A stretch of DNA of 64,000 nt. Source: an uncultured Methylococcaceae bacterium (GTDB lineage: Bacteria > Pseudomonadota > Gammaproteobacteria > Methylococcales > Methylococcaceae). Shown here piece by piece: positions 1 through 11,519 of the stretch (positions are counted from its first letter, which is position 1; each line of letters starts with the position of its first letter). Made by a program: the position numbers and the translations under genes. Below the pieces are notes generated by a model, which saw only the letters and a program-made list of their open reading frames with translations, did not search any database and had not been told where the DNA came from. The stretch is taken from the NCBI GenBank assembly GCA_903857165.1, contig CAIODU010000219.1, forward strand, positions 5,172 to 69,171, read 5' to 3'.

Positions 1-332
1 AATAATGGAAACTTTTCAGTAATGACCCGTCCATAGTCAATCGTATTTGGATAAGACGGCAGGGCATTCAGATCGTCATCATCAAGCAATGATTTGTCTC
101 TCAGAATCTCCAGGCTAAGTAACAAAGGGTTTCCAGCCATTGCAGAAAAACACATATACGGGGAGTCTCCATACCCTGTAGGCCCAAGCGGAAGCACCTG
201 CCAAAGCCGCTGCCCGCCCGCAGAGAGAAAATCCACGAAAGAAAAAGCTTCGGGCCCTAAGTCTCCGATGCCAAAACGGCTTGGCAGGGAGGTCGGATGC
301 AACAAAATTCCGCTGGATCGAGAGAATGGCAT
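1..332 (-). CDS. malQ: 4-alpha-glucanotransferase (GH77 amylomaltase), N-terminal part; the gene runs off the left edge of the window
   Basis: My own minus-strand translation from the ATG (complement of 330-332) reads MPFSRSSGILLHPTSLPSRFGIGDLGPEAFSFVDFLSAGGQRLWQVLPLGPTGYGDSPYMCFSAMAGNPLLLSLE..., a typical GH77 N-terminus. An in-frame TAA lies 9 codons upstream of the ATG. It is absent from the ORF track because no stop codon lies inside the window. Confidence 0.8.
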   Translation of the reverse strand, partial: MPFSRSSGILLHPTSLPSRFGIGDLGPEAFSFVDFLSAGGQRLWQVLPLGPTGYGDSPYMCFSAMAGNPLLLSLEILRDKSLLDDDDLNALPSYPNTIDYGRVITEKFPL

Positions 333-596
333 ATTGAATACGTCGAGGTGAGGTGTTTAGTCAGTCGTAAAAAAGTGTCCATGTCAAACTTAGGAATACT
401 GACAAAAAAGTTGATTAAATAAAATCAATGCAGGAAATTATAAATTATCGTGAACCACTGATAATGACTAGGATTTCAGCAATTCACCCTATAAAAACAT
501 AACCACAGGGACAAAAAAGAGTGTTCGCCCCAGTCACTTTCGCAAACCATCCATGGCGCGGTCATTATCCGCGCCACAAAAAAATAAAAGTGGATA

Positions 597-1940
597 TTAC
601 TGTTTTTTATCGCGTGCAAAATGCAACTGCTGGCCAAGTGCTTCAGGAGTCACCAGCACCACGCCCCCCGGGCTGACGTAAAAGCGCTTGGCGTCTTCTT
701 CGGGATTTTCCCCGATCACAGTATTCGGCTCAATGATACAACCTTTGTCGATAATCGCCTTGGTAATCCTGCAGCGGCGACCGATGGTGACATTGGGCAG
801 GATCACCGAATCTGTCATCTTGGTGAATGAGTTCACCCGCACGTTGGAAAACAGCAGGGAACGTTTAATTTCAGAACCTGAAATGATGCATCCCCCGGAC
901 ACCATGGAATCCACGGCATAACCGCGTCGGTCCTCGTCGTCGAAAACAAACTTGGCCGGCGGAGTCTGGGCTTGGTAAGTCCAAATCGGCCAGGTGGTGT
1001 CGTAAAGATTGAGTTCCGGGTTGACATTGATGAGTTCCATGTTCGCCGACCAGTAACTGTCAACCGCGCCCACATCACGCCAGTAAGACTGCGCACCGCT
1101 TTGCCCATCGCGGAATGGATAGGCGTAAACGCGGCAACTCTCGATGATCCTGGGAATGATATCCTTGCCGAAGTCGCGACTCGAACCTTCCATGTCAGCG
1201 TCTATGATGAGTTGATCGAACAAGAATTGGGTGTTGAAAATATAAATCCCCATGGACGCCAGAGCCTTGTCCGGCTGGCCCGGCATGGTGGGCGGATTGG
1301 CCGGTTTTTCCACAAACTGACGGATGCGCTGTTCACCGTCAACCCCCATCACGCCGAATTCCTTGGCCTCTTCCAGCGAAACTTCCATGCAGCCTATGGT
1401 CAGGTCGGCCTGATTTTCAACATGCTCGGCCAACATCAGGCCGTAATCCATCTTGTAGATGTGATCGCCAGCCAGGATCAACACGTATTCCGAACCGCGC
1501 TGCCGCAAAATGTCCAGATTTTGGTATACGGCATCGGCGGTGCCGGCGTACCAGGCATCCTCCGCCACGCGTTGCTGTGCCGGGATGATATCGACAAACT
1601 CACCCAGTTCCGCACGCAAAAAGCCCCATCCCTGCTGGATATGGCGAATCAACGAGTCGGCCTTGTATTGCGTCAGGACGCCTATCCGGCGGATGCCGGA
1701 ATTGAGGCAATTGGACAGTGGAAAGTCTATAATGCGGAACTTGCCTCCGAAAGGTACCGCTGGCTTGGCACGCCATTCAGTGAGATTTTGAAGACGGGAA
1801 CCTCGCCCCCCGGCGAGAATTAGTGCCAGCGTATTCCGGGTCAATACGCTAACGAAACGGGAATGATGGGATTCTGACACGATCAATCTCCTGAAGTGAT
1901 TATTTAAGGACATACAACCGGGGTACAAATTTGTTAACAT
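597..1940 (-). CDS. glgC: glucose-1-phosphate adenylyltransferase
   Basis: Carries [12 protein letters not shown]...[34 protein letters not shown] and a hexapeptide-repeat C-terminus. The start is uncertain: ATG at 1940 or ATG at 1913. Confidence 0.95.
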   Translation of the reverse strand: MLTNLYPGCMSLNNHFRRLIVSESHHSRFVSVLTRNTLALILAGGRGSRLQNLTEWRAKPAVPFGGKFRIIDFPLSNCLNSGIRRIGVLTQYKADSLIRHIQQGWGFLRAELGEFVDIIPAQQRVAEDAWYAGTADAVYQNLDILRQRGSEYVLILAGDHIYKMDYGLMLAEHVENQADLTIGCMEVSLEEAKEFGVMGVDGEQRIRQFVEKPANPPTMPGQPDKALASMGIYIFNTQFLFDQLIIDADMEGSSRDFGKDIIPRIIESCRVYAYPFRDGQSGAQSYWRDVGAVDSYWSANMELINVNPELNLYDTTWPIWTYQAQTPPAKFVFDDEDRRGYAVDSMVSGGCIISGSEIKRSLLFSNVRVNSFTKMTDSVILPNVTIGRRCRITKAIIDKGCIIEPNTVIGENPEEDAKRFYVSPGGVVLVTPEALGQQLHFARDKKQ

Positions 1941-1997
1941 GTCCCCGGAATTTATCGGCGATGGCGACCGCCATTCTACTACCAGAGGTCAAACAAA

Positions 1998-4322
1998 GTG
2001 AACTCGAACGAAACACAATTTGCAACAAAACAAAATTTGGGGCCAATTGGCTTGGACCCGGAGCTTCAACGAATCCTTGATGCCCGCCATCACGACCCCT
2101 TTTCCGTACTCGGCAGGCATCGTGACCAGGGCAAAGAAATCATCAGGGTTTTGTTGCCGCTGGCGGAGTCCGTCAGAATCAGCGGCAGCGGCCTGCAAAT
2201 GGAACGCTTGACCGGGACCGATTTGTTCCAGTACGCCATCCAGCCGGGCGACAAAATCGATGATCACTTCGGCTTGGACTGGATTGACAAATCTGGCGAC
2301 AACCATGCCCATCTCGATCCTTACACATTCCCGCCGCAATTGAAGGATTTCGACATCCATCTGTTCTGCGAGGGCAAGCATTGGCATGTTTATCGCCTCC
2401 TGGGTGCCCATCCGCATAGCGTCGAGGGGGTCGACGGCGTGTTGTTCGCCACTTGGGCGCCCAACGCCGAGCGGATTAGCGTGGTAGGCGACTTCAACGG
2501 CTGGGATGGCCGCAGCCATCCCATGCGTGTCCGTGGCGGCAGCGGTGTTTGGGAATTGTTCATCCCCGGGTTCGGCCCCGGACTGAACTACAAATACGAA
2601 ATTCGCAATCGTCAACTCGGCACCATCCACCTGAAAGTCGATCCTTACGGCCAACGCTTCGAACTGCGTCCGCAGAACGCGTCAATCACCGTTCCCAAGG
2701 ATGACTTCAGTTGGGGCGACCAACAGTGGATTGAAGGCCGTAAACAAAGCGACTGGATGCATGATCCGCTATCCATCTACGAGATTCACCCTGGTTCCTG
2801 GCGGTTCGATAGTGACGGCGAATTTTTGAACTACCGCGAAATGGCCGTGCAACTGGTCGATTATGTGAAGGAACAGGAATTTACCCACATTGAGCTGATG
2901 CCAATCACCGAACACCCCTTGGACGCTTCCTGGGGCTATCAGACGACTGGCTACTTTGCGCCTACTGCCCGCTTCGGCAAGCCCGATGATTTCCGTTATT
3001 TCGTCGATTATTGCCACAGCCACGGCATTGGCGTCATCCTAGACTGGGTGCCTGCCCACTTCCCCAAAGATGCGCATGGCCTGGCCCGCTTCGACGGCAC
3101 CGCGATGTATGAACATGAGGACCCCAGGTTAGGCGAGCACCGCGATTGGGGTACATTGATTTACAACTTCGGTCGCAACGAGGTAAAAAACTTTCTGATT
3201 GCCAGCGCCGTATTTTGGCTGGAGGAATTCCACATCGACGGTTTGCGCGTCGATGCCGTGGCCTCCATGCTCTACTTGGATTATTCCCGTGATCCCGGCG
3301 ACTGGATTCCCAACAAATACGGCGGCAACGAAAATCTGGAAGCCATCGCCTTCCTGCGCGAACTCAACACCGTCACCCACCAGTTGCATCCCGGCACCAT
3401 GATCATGGCGGAGGAATCGACTGCATGGCCACAGGTGACCCGGCCGACTTGGACGGGAGGACTGGGGTTCACGATGAAATGGAACATGGGCTGGATGCAC
3501 GACACTTTGCAATACATGAGCAAGGATCCCATCCACCGCCACTACCATCACGACCAGCTTACCTTCGGCCTGCTCTACGCCTTCACCGAAAATTTCATTC
3601 TTCCCTTCTCCCACGACGAGGTGGTGCACGGCAAAGGTTCCATGCTGGACAAGATGCCCGGCGACGAATGGCGCAAGTTTGCCAACCTAAGGCTGCTCTA
3701 CACCCTGATGTTCACCTATCCCGGCAAGAAATTGCTGTTCATGGGTTGCGAATTCGGCCAAGGAACGGAGTGGAACCACGCACAGGCACTCGATTGGTAC
3801 GTACTGGAATATCCCATGCACCGTGGCCTAAAGAAGCTGCAAGCCGACGTGAACCGTCTTTATCGCGACACCAAGGCGTTGCACCGGCATGACTTCGACC
3901 CGAAAGGATTCGAATGGATCGACTGCCACGATGCCCCGCAATCGGTTTTGAGCTACATTCGCCGCGCCGGTGACGAGTTTGCGGTGGTCATTTTAAATTT
4001 CACCCCCGTTCCGCGTCCGAATTACCGCATCGGCGTTCCTGAAGCCGGGGTTTATTTGGAAATGTTCAACTCGGATTCCGAATACTACGGCGGTAGCAAC
4101 ACTGGCAACTGGCAATTGAATGCCGAGGAAAAGGAATGGATGGGGCGCCCCTACTCGATTGTCCTGACCCTCCCGCCCTTGGCCGGCATCGTGTTGACCC
4201 TCAAGCCCGAGGTTAAGGAATCGGCATCCGTGGTAGTGGAGGCAACCCCCGAAACGAGTAAAAGCCTGGAAATGGCCGACACGGTTGAAAGCGAAGTATC
4301 CGGGCCGGAAAACGACGTATGA
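1998..4322 (+). CDS. glgB: 1,4-alpha-glucan branching enzyme
   Basis: 774 aa with a GTG start. GH13 motifs are present: [47 protein letters not shown]. It has an acidic C-terminal tail beyond the catalytic domain. Confidence 0.95.
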   Translation: MNSNETQFATKQNLGPIGLDPELQRILDARHHDPFSVLGRHRDQGKEIIRVLLPLAESVRISGSGLQMERLTGTDLFQYAIQPGDKIDDHFGLDWIDKSGDNHAHLDPYTFPPQLKDFDIHLFCEGKHWHVYRLLGAHPHSVEGVDGVLFATWAPNAERISVVGDFNGWDGRSHPMRVRGGSGVWELFIPGFGPGLNYKYEIRNRQLGTIHLKVDPYGQRFELRPQNASITVPKDDFSWGDQQWIEGRKQSDWMHDPLSIYEIHPGSWRFDSDGEFLNYREMAVQLVDYVKEQEFTHIELMPITEHPLDASWGYQTTGYFAPTARFGKPDDFRYFVDYCHSHGIGVILDWVPAHFPKDAHGLARFDGTAMYEHEDPRLGEHRDWGTLIYNFGRNEVKNFLIASAVFWLEEFHIDGLRVDAVASMLYLDYSRDPGDWIPNKYGGNENLEAIAFLRELNTVTHQLHPGTMIMAEESTAWPQVTRPTWTGGLGFTMKWNMGWMHDTLQYMSKDPIHRHYHHDQLTFGLLYAFTENFILPFSHDEVVHGKGSMLDKMPGDEWRKFANLRLLYTLMFTYPGKKLLFMGCEFGQGTEWNHAQALDWYVLEYPMHRGLKKLQADVNRLYRDTKALHRHDFDPKGFEWIDCHDAPQSVLSYIRRAGDEFAVVILNFTPVPRPNYRIGVPEAGVYLEMFNSDSEYYGGSNTGNWQLNAEEKEWMGRPYSIVLTLPPLAGIVLTLKPEVKESASVVVEATPETSKSLEMADTVESEVSGPENDV

Positions 4323-5788
4323 AAAAAATCCTCTTCGTCACCAGCGAAGCCTACCCACTGATCAAAACCGGGGGGCTGGCCGATGTTTCCGGTAGCCTTC
4401 CCATCGCCTTGGATGCACTGGGCCAGGATGTCCGCATCGCCATGCCGGCCTATGCCGATTTGCTTTCCAGCCTGGGTGATTTGCCTAGCAAACGAATCAA
4501 CCAGGCCGGCGGGGCGGTCGAAATCTTCGAAACCAAGCTTCCGGGTACGTCCATCCCGGTTTGGCTGGTCTCCCATGAAGGCGCTTTCGACCGTTCTGGC
4601 AACCCCTACCTAGCCGGTGACGGCAAGTCTTGGCCCGACAATGCCGAGCGCTTTGCCCTGCTATGCAGGGTAAGCGTGGAAATCGCCATGAACCGGATGG
4701 GGTTCGGCTGGAAGCCGGAAATTGTCCATTGCAATGACTGGCAAACGGGCCTGATCCCGGCCCTGCTGGAGGACGAAGTTGACCGTCCGGCCACGGTCTA
4801 CACCATCCACAATTTGGCTTACCAAGGACTGTTCCCTCGTGAACTGTTCCGAAAGCTTGGTCTGCCGCAACGCTTTTGGTCTCCCAACTCGTTGGAGTTC
4901 TACGACCAACTCTGCTTCGTCAAGGGTGGCTTGGTTTACGCTGACCGCATCAACACAGTCAGCCCCAATTACGCGGTCGAAATCCAAGGCAAGGAATTTG
5001 GCTGCGGTATGGAAGGGCTATTGAGAGAGCGCAAAGAGCGGCTTAGCGGCATTATCAATGGCATTGACGAGGAAGCTTGGAACCCGGCCGCCGACCCCCT
5101 GATACCCAATCCTTTTGGCTTGGGCGGCATGGCCGGCAAGGAGATGAACAAGGCCACGCTGCAGCAACGCTTCAACCTAGCCGTGGACAAGGAGATCGCG
5201 GTCATCGCCATGGTGGGCAGGACGGTGCAGCAAAAAGGGATCGACTTGGTCATTGAGGCCCTACCCAAGCTCATGGACTTGCCTCTGCAGTTGGCGATAC
5301 TGGGCAGCGGTGAGAAAAAATACGAACAAACCCTCAAACACTGGAACAGCCTTTACCCAGACCGCATCGCGCTTAAATTGGGTTACGACGAACCGTTGGC
5401 CCACCTCATCGAAGCAGGTTCCGACCTGTTCCTGATGCCTTCACGGTTTGAACCCTGCGGGCTCAACCAAATGTACAGCCAACGCTACGGCACCGTGCCT
5501 ATCGTCCGTTGCGTGGGGGGGCTGGCCGACACGGTGGAGGATGCCAGCCCGTCCAACTTGGAGCAAGGCCGGGCCAGTGGGGTGGTCTTCCATGAAGCCA
5601 GCGCCGAAGCCCTGTTGCAAGCCATCATGCGAGCGTTGGATCTTTACAAGCTGAAACCGCAGTGGAGGAAAGTCCAAAGAACCGGCATGAAAAAAGACTT
5701 TTCCTGGAAACAAAGCGCTAAAAAATACTTGGATTTGTATGGTTTGGCCGTGCAAGACCGTCAAGGCAAGGGCAACAGGACGGCATAG
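4319..5788 (+). CDS. glgA: glycogen synthase (ADP-glucose type)
   Basis: N-terminus [23 protein letters not shown] is the KTGGL motif. Also carries a GT5 C-terminal region ([16 protein letters not shown]). ATGA overlap with the glgB stop codon. Confidence 0.95.
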   Translation: MKKILFVTSEAYPLIKTGGLADVSGSLPIALDALGQDVRIAMPAYADLLSSLGDLPSKRINQAGGAVEIFETKLPGTSIPVWLVSHEGAFDRSGNPYLAGDGKSWPDNAERFALLCRVSVEIAMNRMGFGWKPEIVHCNDWQTGLIPALLEDEVDRPATVYTIHNLAYQGLFPRELFRKLGLPQRFWSPNSLEFYDQLCFVKGGLVYADRINTVSPNYAVEIQGKEFGCGMEGLLRERKERLSGIINGIDEEAWNPAADPLIPNPFGLGGMAGKEMNKATLQQRFNLAVDKEIAVIAMVGRTVQQKGIDLVIEALPKLMDLPLQLAILGSGEKKYEQTLKHWNSLYPDRIALKLGYDEPLAHLIEAGSDLFLMPSRFEPCGLNQMYSQRYGTVPIVRCVGGLADTVEDASPSNLEQGRASGVVFHEASAEALLQAIMRALDLYKLKPQWRKVQRTGMKKDFSWKQSAKKYLDLYGLAVQDRQGKGNRTA

Positions 5789-6097
5789 GCTTTTTGATGC
5801 GTCCCACTTTGAAGCGCCCGTCGTTTCGGTTAACCATCGACACCGACTGTCCCGCTGCTGGCATTGCGATATTTTCGTAATTTCAAAGCCGGCTCCACTT
5901 GATTCCGCGTGCAGAATGGGCGACACTGTGCGATGCTTTTCCGTTCCGTTCAATAACTTCAACAATGATTCCCGACGCAGCGGATGGCATTGAATCTGAT
6001 AATGTCCAACGCTCTTCGCGCTCACGACGGCGCGAGAGAATTTCCCAAGGGTGCCGCCAAGCCCCCTTGTTTACGCTGAAAAACGAGAGAGGCGACA

Positions 6098-6565
6098 ATG
6101 AGAAAAAAATTTCCCAGGGAAGTATTGCATTCAAAGGCAGAATGGAAGAAGGTGAATATCAACATGCATGGGGAATTGGAGCCGCCCAGACTGGAGCTGA
6201 GTTATTTGAAAGGTGCCACCCATAGCGCCAAGCCCTTTGATCTTCCTGACAATTTGAAGTCGGTGAACTCCCACGAAATAAAGGAGTTCATTGAGCTTCA
6301 TACAATCACCAAAATCATGCTTTCCGGCCATTTGGAAAATCCGGGCAGCGAAAACCCTCACGGGTTCATCGAGTACGAAATCGATGACGGGGGAATGGAT
6401 ATCATCCTTTATCGTGTCAACGGCGAGCCGCAAACCAAGCATGTCACCATCAGGATTGAGGAGGTCCACCATTTCAACAACCATGACAACAAATGGGTTT
6501 ACAATGAACTGGAGGATCTGATCGAGGCAACCGGACTGATCAAACACAAGGCGGCGGTGGCTTAA
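6098..6565 (+). CDS. hypothetical protein (no family recognised)
   Basis: 155-aa ORF with a GAGAGG Shine-Dalgarno 5 nt upstream of the ATG. It ends 23 nt before the next gene, in a stretch that looks more AT-rich than glgA and aguA. Confidence 0.45.
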   Translation: MRKKFPREVLHSKAEWKKVNINMHGELEPPRLELSYLKGATHSAKPFDLPDNLKSVNSHEIKEFIELHTITKIMLSGHLENPGSENPHGFIEYEIDDGGMDIILYRVNGEPQTKHVTIRIEEVHHFNNHDNKWVYNELEDLIEATGLIKHKAAVA

Positions 6566-6588
6566 GCAATCCTTAGGAGGAAATCCAC

Positions 6589-7248
6589 ATGACCGATGAA
6601 GAATTGAAAGCATTAGTCGCAAGCCTGGCCATAGACCGAAAAGAGATGAGCGAACTGCAACAGAAACAACATAGGGAAATGGAAGAACAGCGCGATAGGC
6701 GACAAAGGGAGTTGGAAGAGCAGGGCAAAAAGCATCAACAGGAGATGGAAGTGCAACGAAAGGAAGATCAAGAAAGGAAGAAAGAATTCGATCAAATGAT
6801 CAGGGATCTGGGTAAGCAAATAGGTGGTTTGGGCGAGAAATGGGGCAGCTTCACTGAGGGGCTGGCTTTGCCGTCGATGCAGAAAATATTACAGGAAAAA
6901 TTCAAAATGGAAGTCATCAGCCCCAGTGTGCGCGTCAGCAAGCAAGGCCAGCATATGGAAATCGACGTGCTAGCCTACGCCAACAGCGACATCAACGAGG
7001 CTTACGTGGTGGAAGTGAAGAGCCATGCGAGGGAAGAAGCCATCGAACAACTGCGCAAAATTCTGGAACGCTTCCGCCAGTTTTTCCCCGAACACAGAGA
7101 TAAAGCGGTTTACGGCATCTTGGCCGCAGTGGATATGACACCCGGACTGCGGGAGCGCGTTTTGAAGTCGGGTTTCTATGTGGCGCGGATTCACGATCAA
7201 GTCTTCGAGTTGGACGTGCCCGCCAATTTCAAGCCGAAGGCATATTAG
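6589..7248 (+). CDS. coiled-coil protein with a C-terminal PD-(D/E)XK-like nuclease fold (DUF3782-like architecture)
   Basis: Strong AGGAGG RBS. The N-terminal ~75 aa are a charged heptad-rich region (EMEEQRDRRQRELEEQGKKHQQEMEVQRKEDQERKKE). The C-terminal part carries MEIDVLAYA...AYVVEVKSH, which fits a D...(D/E)xK nuclease signature. Confidence 0.55.
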   Translation: MTDEELKALVASLAIDRKEMSELQQKQHREMEEQRDRRQRELEEQGKKHQQEMEVQRKEDQERKKEFDQMIRDLGKQIGGLGEKWGSFTEGLALPSMQKILQEKFKMEVISPSVRVSKQGQHMEIDVLAYANSDINEAYVVEVKSHAREEAIEQLRKILERFRQFFPEHRDKAVYGILAAVDMTPGLRERVLKSGFYVARIHDQVFELDVPANFKPKAY

Positions 7249-7440
7249 GCCGAACAGGTACGCATCATGGGGCTACAAGGACAAGTCTACGCTTCCGACA
7301 CCATGGTTCCCTACCAAAGGCCCAATCCATTACGACAAAGCCCGCCCTTGAATTTAGAATGCGGATGTTGGCAGTAAGTTGTCCTTATCTGGGTTTTGCC
7401 GTTAGAATGGCACATCATCCACGATTTATGACCCGCACCT

Positions 7441-8487
7441 GTGACCTTAAACAACCCGCTTAACCTCCCCCCCGAATGGGCCGGACAATCCGCCGTTTTA
7501 CTTGCCTGGCCCAAGGGCGATGGCGGTTTCAGCCCATGGCTGCCAGAAGTTGAAGACAGCTACGAAGCCATCGCCACGGCTATTGCCCGACGGGAACGGC
7601 TTATCATCGCCTGTTGGGATGAAGCGCTGCGCCAACGCGTTGCCAAACGGCTGAAACCTTATCTCGCATCGATCAGCTTGGTGATAATCCCTTACGACCT
7701 TGAGTGGGTCCGCGATACCGCCCCGCTCGCCGTGGAAACCGGCCAGCGTGCCAAACTGCTGAATTTTCGTTTTAACGGATGGGGAAATAAATATGAGCAT
7801 GGCAACGACGCGGCGCTTGCCAAAAACTTGCATAACACCGGCATCTTTGGCAAAACGCATATGGAATCAGTGGACTTTGTATTGGAAGGTGGCAGTTTGG
7901 AAACCGACGGCGAAGGCACTTTGCTCACCACCACCCGCTGCCTGCTGAATCCCAACCGCAACCCCAGTCTCAACCAAGCCCAGATCGAAGGGCAATTATT
8001 AAGCTTCTTCGGCCTGAAGCGGGTGCTTTGGCTCCATCATGGACAGGCCGAAGGCGATGACACGGATGCCCATGTGGACACGCTGGCACGGTTCTGTTCG
8101 CCCGACACGATCACCTACACCGCATCCGACGACCCAAAAGACCCCATGCACACGGAACTTAAAGCCATGGAGAATGAATTGAAGGCGCTGAAAACGGTTG
8201 ATGGCAAACCCTACAGGCTGGTGCCTTTGCCCGTCCCCAAACCGATCCTAAGCGAAGAGGGTGACCGATTGCCCGCCACCTATGTCAATTTCCTGATCAT
8301 CAACGGTGCAGTGCTGGTTCCGCTTTACGATGACCCGGAGGACGCAAACGCTTTCTGCCGTCTGTCGGAATGCTTTCCTGATCGGGACATTATCGGCATC
8401 CCCGCAACCCCATTGATTCGCCAATATGGGAGCATCCACTGCATGACCCTGCAATTTCCAAAATCCGTCACCGTGGCTGAAGCATGA
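7441..8487 (+). CDS. aguA: agmatine deiminase
   Basis: GTG start. Motifs: LPPEWAGQSAVLLAWP, WVRDTAPL, EGGSLETDGEGTLLTT, HVDTLARF, and C-terminal GSIHCMT with the catalytic Cys. Confidence 0.9.
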   Translation: MTLNNPLNLPPEWAGQSAVLLAWPKGDGGFSPWLPEVEDSYEAIATAIARRERLIIACWDEALRQRVAKRLKPYLASISLVIIPYDLEWVRDTAPLAVETGQRAKLLNFRFNGWGNKYEHGNDAALAKNLHNTGIFGKTHMESVDFVLEGGSLETDGEGTLLTTTRCLLNPNRNPSLNQAQIEGQLLSFFGLKRVLWLHHGQAEGDDTDAHVDTLARFCSPDTITYTASDDPKDPMHTELKAMENELKALKTVDGKPYRLVPLPVPKPILSEEGDRLPATYVNFLIINGAVLVPLYDDPEDANAFCRLSECFPDRDIIGIPATPLIRQYGSIHCMTLQFPKSVTVAEA

Positions 8488-9371
8488 ACAAAACCCTCAC
8501 CGTCGCCCTCGTCCAGCAGGCCTGCGGCGCAGCACGGGAAGACAACCTGGCCGAGTCGGCCAAGCACATCAGGCTGGCCCAAGCGCTAGGCGCTGAATTG
8601 GTTTTGTTGCCGGAACTGCACCTTGGGCCGTATTTTTGCCAAGTGGAAGACACCGCCAACTTCGATCTAGCCGAACCGATTCCCGGCCCCACCTGCGAGG
8701 AACTAGGCCAGTTAGCCAAGGAATTGGGCGTGGTCATCGTGGCATCATTGTTCGAGCGTCGCGCACCGGGTCTGTATCACAACACCGCCGTCGTGATGGA
8801 AAAGGATGGCAGCCTTGCCGGCAAGTACCGCAAGATGCATATCCCGGATGATCCAGGGTTTTACGAAAAATTTTATTTCACCCCCGGGGACATCGGCTTC
8901 AAACCCATTCAAACCTCAGTGGGAAAACTGGGCATTTTGGTTTGTTGGGATCAATGGTATCCTGAAGCAGCAAGGCTGATGGCGCTGGCCGGGGCGGATC
9001 TGTTACTCTACCCCACGGCCATCGGTTGGAGCCACGAAGACACGGAGGCTGAGCGGCAACGCCAACTCGATGCCTGGATAACCATACAGCGCGGTCATGC
9101 AGTCGCCAACGGGTTGCCGGTGTTGTCCTGCAACCGCATCGGCCACGAACCCGATCCCAGCCCCAATAGTCAAGGCATCCAGTTTTGGGGCAATAGCTTC
9201 GTGGCGGGTCCGCAAGGCGAATTCCTTGCCCATGCCGACGGCAAGGAATGCAAAGTGATTATTGTAGAGCTTGATCTTCAGCGTTCGGAGGATGTGCGCA
9301 GAATATGGCCTTTCCTACGCGACCGGCGCATTGACGAATACGGCGGGTTGGTGAAGCGGTTTTTGGATTAA
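8484..9371 (+). CDS. aguB: N-carbamoylputrescine amidase (nitrilase superfamily)
   Basis: LPELHLGPYFC, YRKMHIPDDPGFYEKFYFTPG and VCWDQWYPEAAR give the Glu/Lys/Cys triad context. 4-nt overlap with aguA. Confidence 0.9.
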   Translation: MNKTLTVALVQQACGAAREDNLAESAKHIRLAQALGAELVLLPELHLGPYFCQVEDTANFDLAEPIPGPTCEELGQLAKELGVVIVASLFERRAPGLYHNTAVVMEKDGSLAGKYRKMHIPDDPGFYEKFYFTPGDIGFKPIQTSVGKLGILVCWDQWYPEAARLMALAGADLLLYPTAIGWSHEDTEAERQRQLDAWITIQRGHAVANGLPVLSCNRIGHEPDPSPNSQGIQFWGNSFVAGPQGEFLAHADGKECKVIIVELDLQRSEDVRRIWPFLRDRRIDEYGGLVKRFLD

Positions 9372-9398
9372 CTTGGGCTAACGCAACAAACAGACACC

Positions 9399-10451
9399 AT
9401 GAACAAGCGAAAATTCGAACGCGATCCAGACGATAAGATAATCTCCGGCGTATGCGGGGGACTGGCCCGCTACTTTGGCATCAGTTCCAGGCTCATCCGC
9501 TTTCTGTTCTTCATCTCGGTTTTCTTCAGTTTCAGCCTGACCTTCTGGGTTTATATCCTGTTTTGGCTGATCGCCCCGATGCGACGCTCCACCCGTGAAA
9601 AACTGTCCAGGGACATGCGCAAAAAGGCACGGAATCTGGATAAGTTGGTCGAGGATACCTGTGCGCGTTCCAAGCTTCCTGAACTGACTTCCCGATTGAA
9701 CAATATCCATGACATTATCGAATCCCTTCTGCCGGAACTGGAGAGCAGGTCCATCAGCCGGGAACCGGGATTGCTTCCCGTGTTTGAAGCCGCTTTCGTG
9801 CATTTGCCTGAACTGTTGGAAAACTTTCTCCGGTTGCCCGCAAACTACGCGCAGGGACAAGCCATTACCGGTATCAAGACAGCGCAAGACCATTTATCCG
9901 ACGAATTGCAGCAGTTGGAAAGGACGCTGGTCAATGTCACCAAGGGGCGGTATGGACAGAAATTCGCCAAATCCGCCGACGCGCTGGATGGTTTTAGCAC
10001 CCGTTACGAAGACGATCCGACCACACCGTTCAGGTTGAAACTGGAATCATTGCAAAGCCGGGTGGCGGGCCGCTTGGATGCGGAGGCGACGGCCAAGATC
10101 GAAAACATCAAAAACTCCCTGTTGGCCGCATTGGGCCGGCTGATGCAAACCGTCGATGGTGCGGACGTCAACCTCTACAATGTCCGGCAGATCGCCTTGG
10201 AGTATCTGCCGAACACGGTGGACAAATACCTGGCCCTACCGCAGGGCCTGGCCGATAACGAGCCATTGTCGCAAGGTAAAACCGCACAGGCCGCGTTTCA
10301 CGAACAATTGAACGTCTTGGATGGTGCGTTGACCCGCATGGTCACCAGCCTTTATCAGGAAGATGCCCAAGGATTGTTTGTGCATGGGCATTTTCTGCGC
10401 GACAAATTCATCGACGGGCAACTTGAATGGATGGGCGATGGGAAGCCATAG
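9399..10451 (+). CDS. PspC domain-containing membrane protein
   Basis: N-terminus DDKIISGVCGGLARYFGISSRLIRFLFFISVFF is a PspC domain followed by a TM helix. The C-terminal region is long and helical. Confidence 0.75.
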   Translation: MNKRKFERDPDDKIISGVCGGLARYFGISSRLIRFLFFISVFFSFSLTFWVYILFWLIAPMRRSTREKLSRDMRKKARNLDKLVEDTCARSKLPELTSRLNNIHDIIESLLPELESRSISREPGLLPVFEAAFVHLPELLENFLRLPANYAQGQAITGIKTAQDHLSDELQQLERTLVNVTKGRYGQKFAKSADALDGFSTRYEDDPTTPFRLKLESLQSRVAGRLDAEATAKIENIKNSLLAALGRLMQTVDGADVNLYNVRQIALEYLPNTVDKYLALPQGLADNEPLSQGKTAQAAFHEQLNVLDGALTRMVTSLYQEDAQGLFVHGHFLRDKFIDGQLEWMGDGKP

Positions 10452-10565
10452 CCCGGATGGGGCTTGGGTAATCCGGGGATATCTGATCCGCAAACTTCCC
10501 ACATTCCGCCGCGCCCCCCGCGGGCCACATCCAATCCCCATCCGATCCGGCGATTTGAGAGAGTG

Positions 10566-11519
10566 ATGGCGTTATCGTCCTTGGAAATCTGCGCCGGTGC
10601 CGGTGGGCAGGCATTGGGCTTGGAGTTGGCTGGTTTTGACCACGTTCGCCTAGTTGAGATTGAACCGCCCGCCTGTGCGACACTGCGCCTGAACCGTCCA
10701 GACTGGAATGTGGTCGAAGGCGACCTGCGGCTGTTTGATGGCACTCCTTTCAGAGGCATAGACTTACTGGCCGGTGGCGTCCCCTGCCCGCCGTTTTCCA
10801 AAGCCGGCAAGCAATTGGGTTCCGACGATGACCGGGACTTGTTCCCCGAGGCGATTCGCCTGGTCGATGAATGCCGGCCCCAAGCCGTGATGCTGGAGAA
10901 TGTGCGCGGCTTGCTGGATGCCGTGTTTGGCGATTACCGGAACAAAGTCGAAAAACAACTCATCAAGCTCGGCTACAAACCGGGTTGGAAACTGCTTAAT
11001 GCTTGCGACTACGGGGTTTCCCAACTTCGCCCGCGCGTGGTGTTTGTCGGCATTCGCAAAGACTTGGTCGACAAGTTTGAATGGCCGGAACCGCTCAAAA
11101 TACCGCCTCCCACCGTGGGCGAGCTGCTCTACGACCTGATGAAAACCAATGGTTGGCGGGGTGCCGAACGTTGGCGCGAACAAGCCAATATGATCGCCCC
11201 CACGCTGGTCGGCGGGTCGAAGAAACATGGCGGGCCAGATCTTGGGCCCACCCGCTCACGGCAAGCTTGGGCAGCCTTGGGTGTTGACGGCCTCGGCGTA
11301 TGGGATGATGCCCCGCCGCGTGATTTCGTCGGCATGCCGCGGCTGACGACCCGCATGACGGCCCGTATCCAGGGTTTCCCTGATGATTGGGAATTCTTTG
11401 GCAAAAAAACCCCGGTTTACCGCCAAATCGGCAATGCCTTCCCCCCACCCGTCGCCGCTGCCGTGGCGAGGAACATATTCGCCGCCCTGAGTGTCAGGCG
11501 CAGCTTCAAGGTGGCCTAA
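10566..11519 (+). CDS. DNA (cytosine-5)-methyltransferase, type II R-M
   Basis: C5-MTase motifs in order: I LEICAGAGGQALG, IV GVPCPPFS, VI ENVRGL, VIII QLRPRVVFVG, X GNAFPPPV. The track ORF starts at 10464, but the conserved N-terminus begins at the ATG at 10566. Confidence 0.9.
   Translation: MALSSLEICAGAGGQALGLELAGFDHVRLVEIEPPACATLRLNRPDWNVVEGDLRLFDGTPFRGIDLLAGGVPCPPFSKAGKQLGSDDDRDLFPEAIRLVDECRPQAVMLENVRGLLDAVFGDYRNKVEKQLIKLGYKPGWKLLNACDYGVSQLRPRVVFVGIRKDLVDKFEWPEPLKIPPPTVGELLYDLMKTNGWRGAERWREQANMIAPTLVGGSKKHGGPDLGPTRSRQAWAALGVDGLGVWDDAPPRDFVGMPRLTTRMTARIQGFPDDWEFFGKKTPVYRQIGNAFPPPVAAAVARNIFAALSVRRSFKVA

Noticed and set aside
94-351. 85-aa plus-strand ORF at the left edge.
   Set aside because: It lies antisense to a clear MalQ N-terminus on the minus strand, and the peptide has no recognisable features.
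972-1823. 283-aa ORF antisense to glgC. Many similar long antisense or alternative-frame ORFs occur elsewhere (e.g. 1989-2654, 13243-13848, 16038-16619, 47713-48471, 50044-50742, 53232-53846, 57590-58147).
   Set aside because: These are shadow ORFs inside well-supported genes. They are Arg/Gly/His-rich with low-complexity translations typical of the wrong frame in moderately GC-rich DNA.
5883-6134. 83-aa minus-strand ORF in the glgA to 6098 spacer.
   Set aside because: It has no RBS, no recognisable motif, and overlaps the well-supported start of the 6098 gene.
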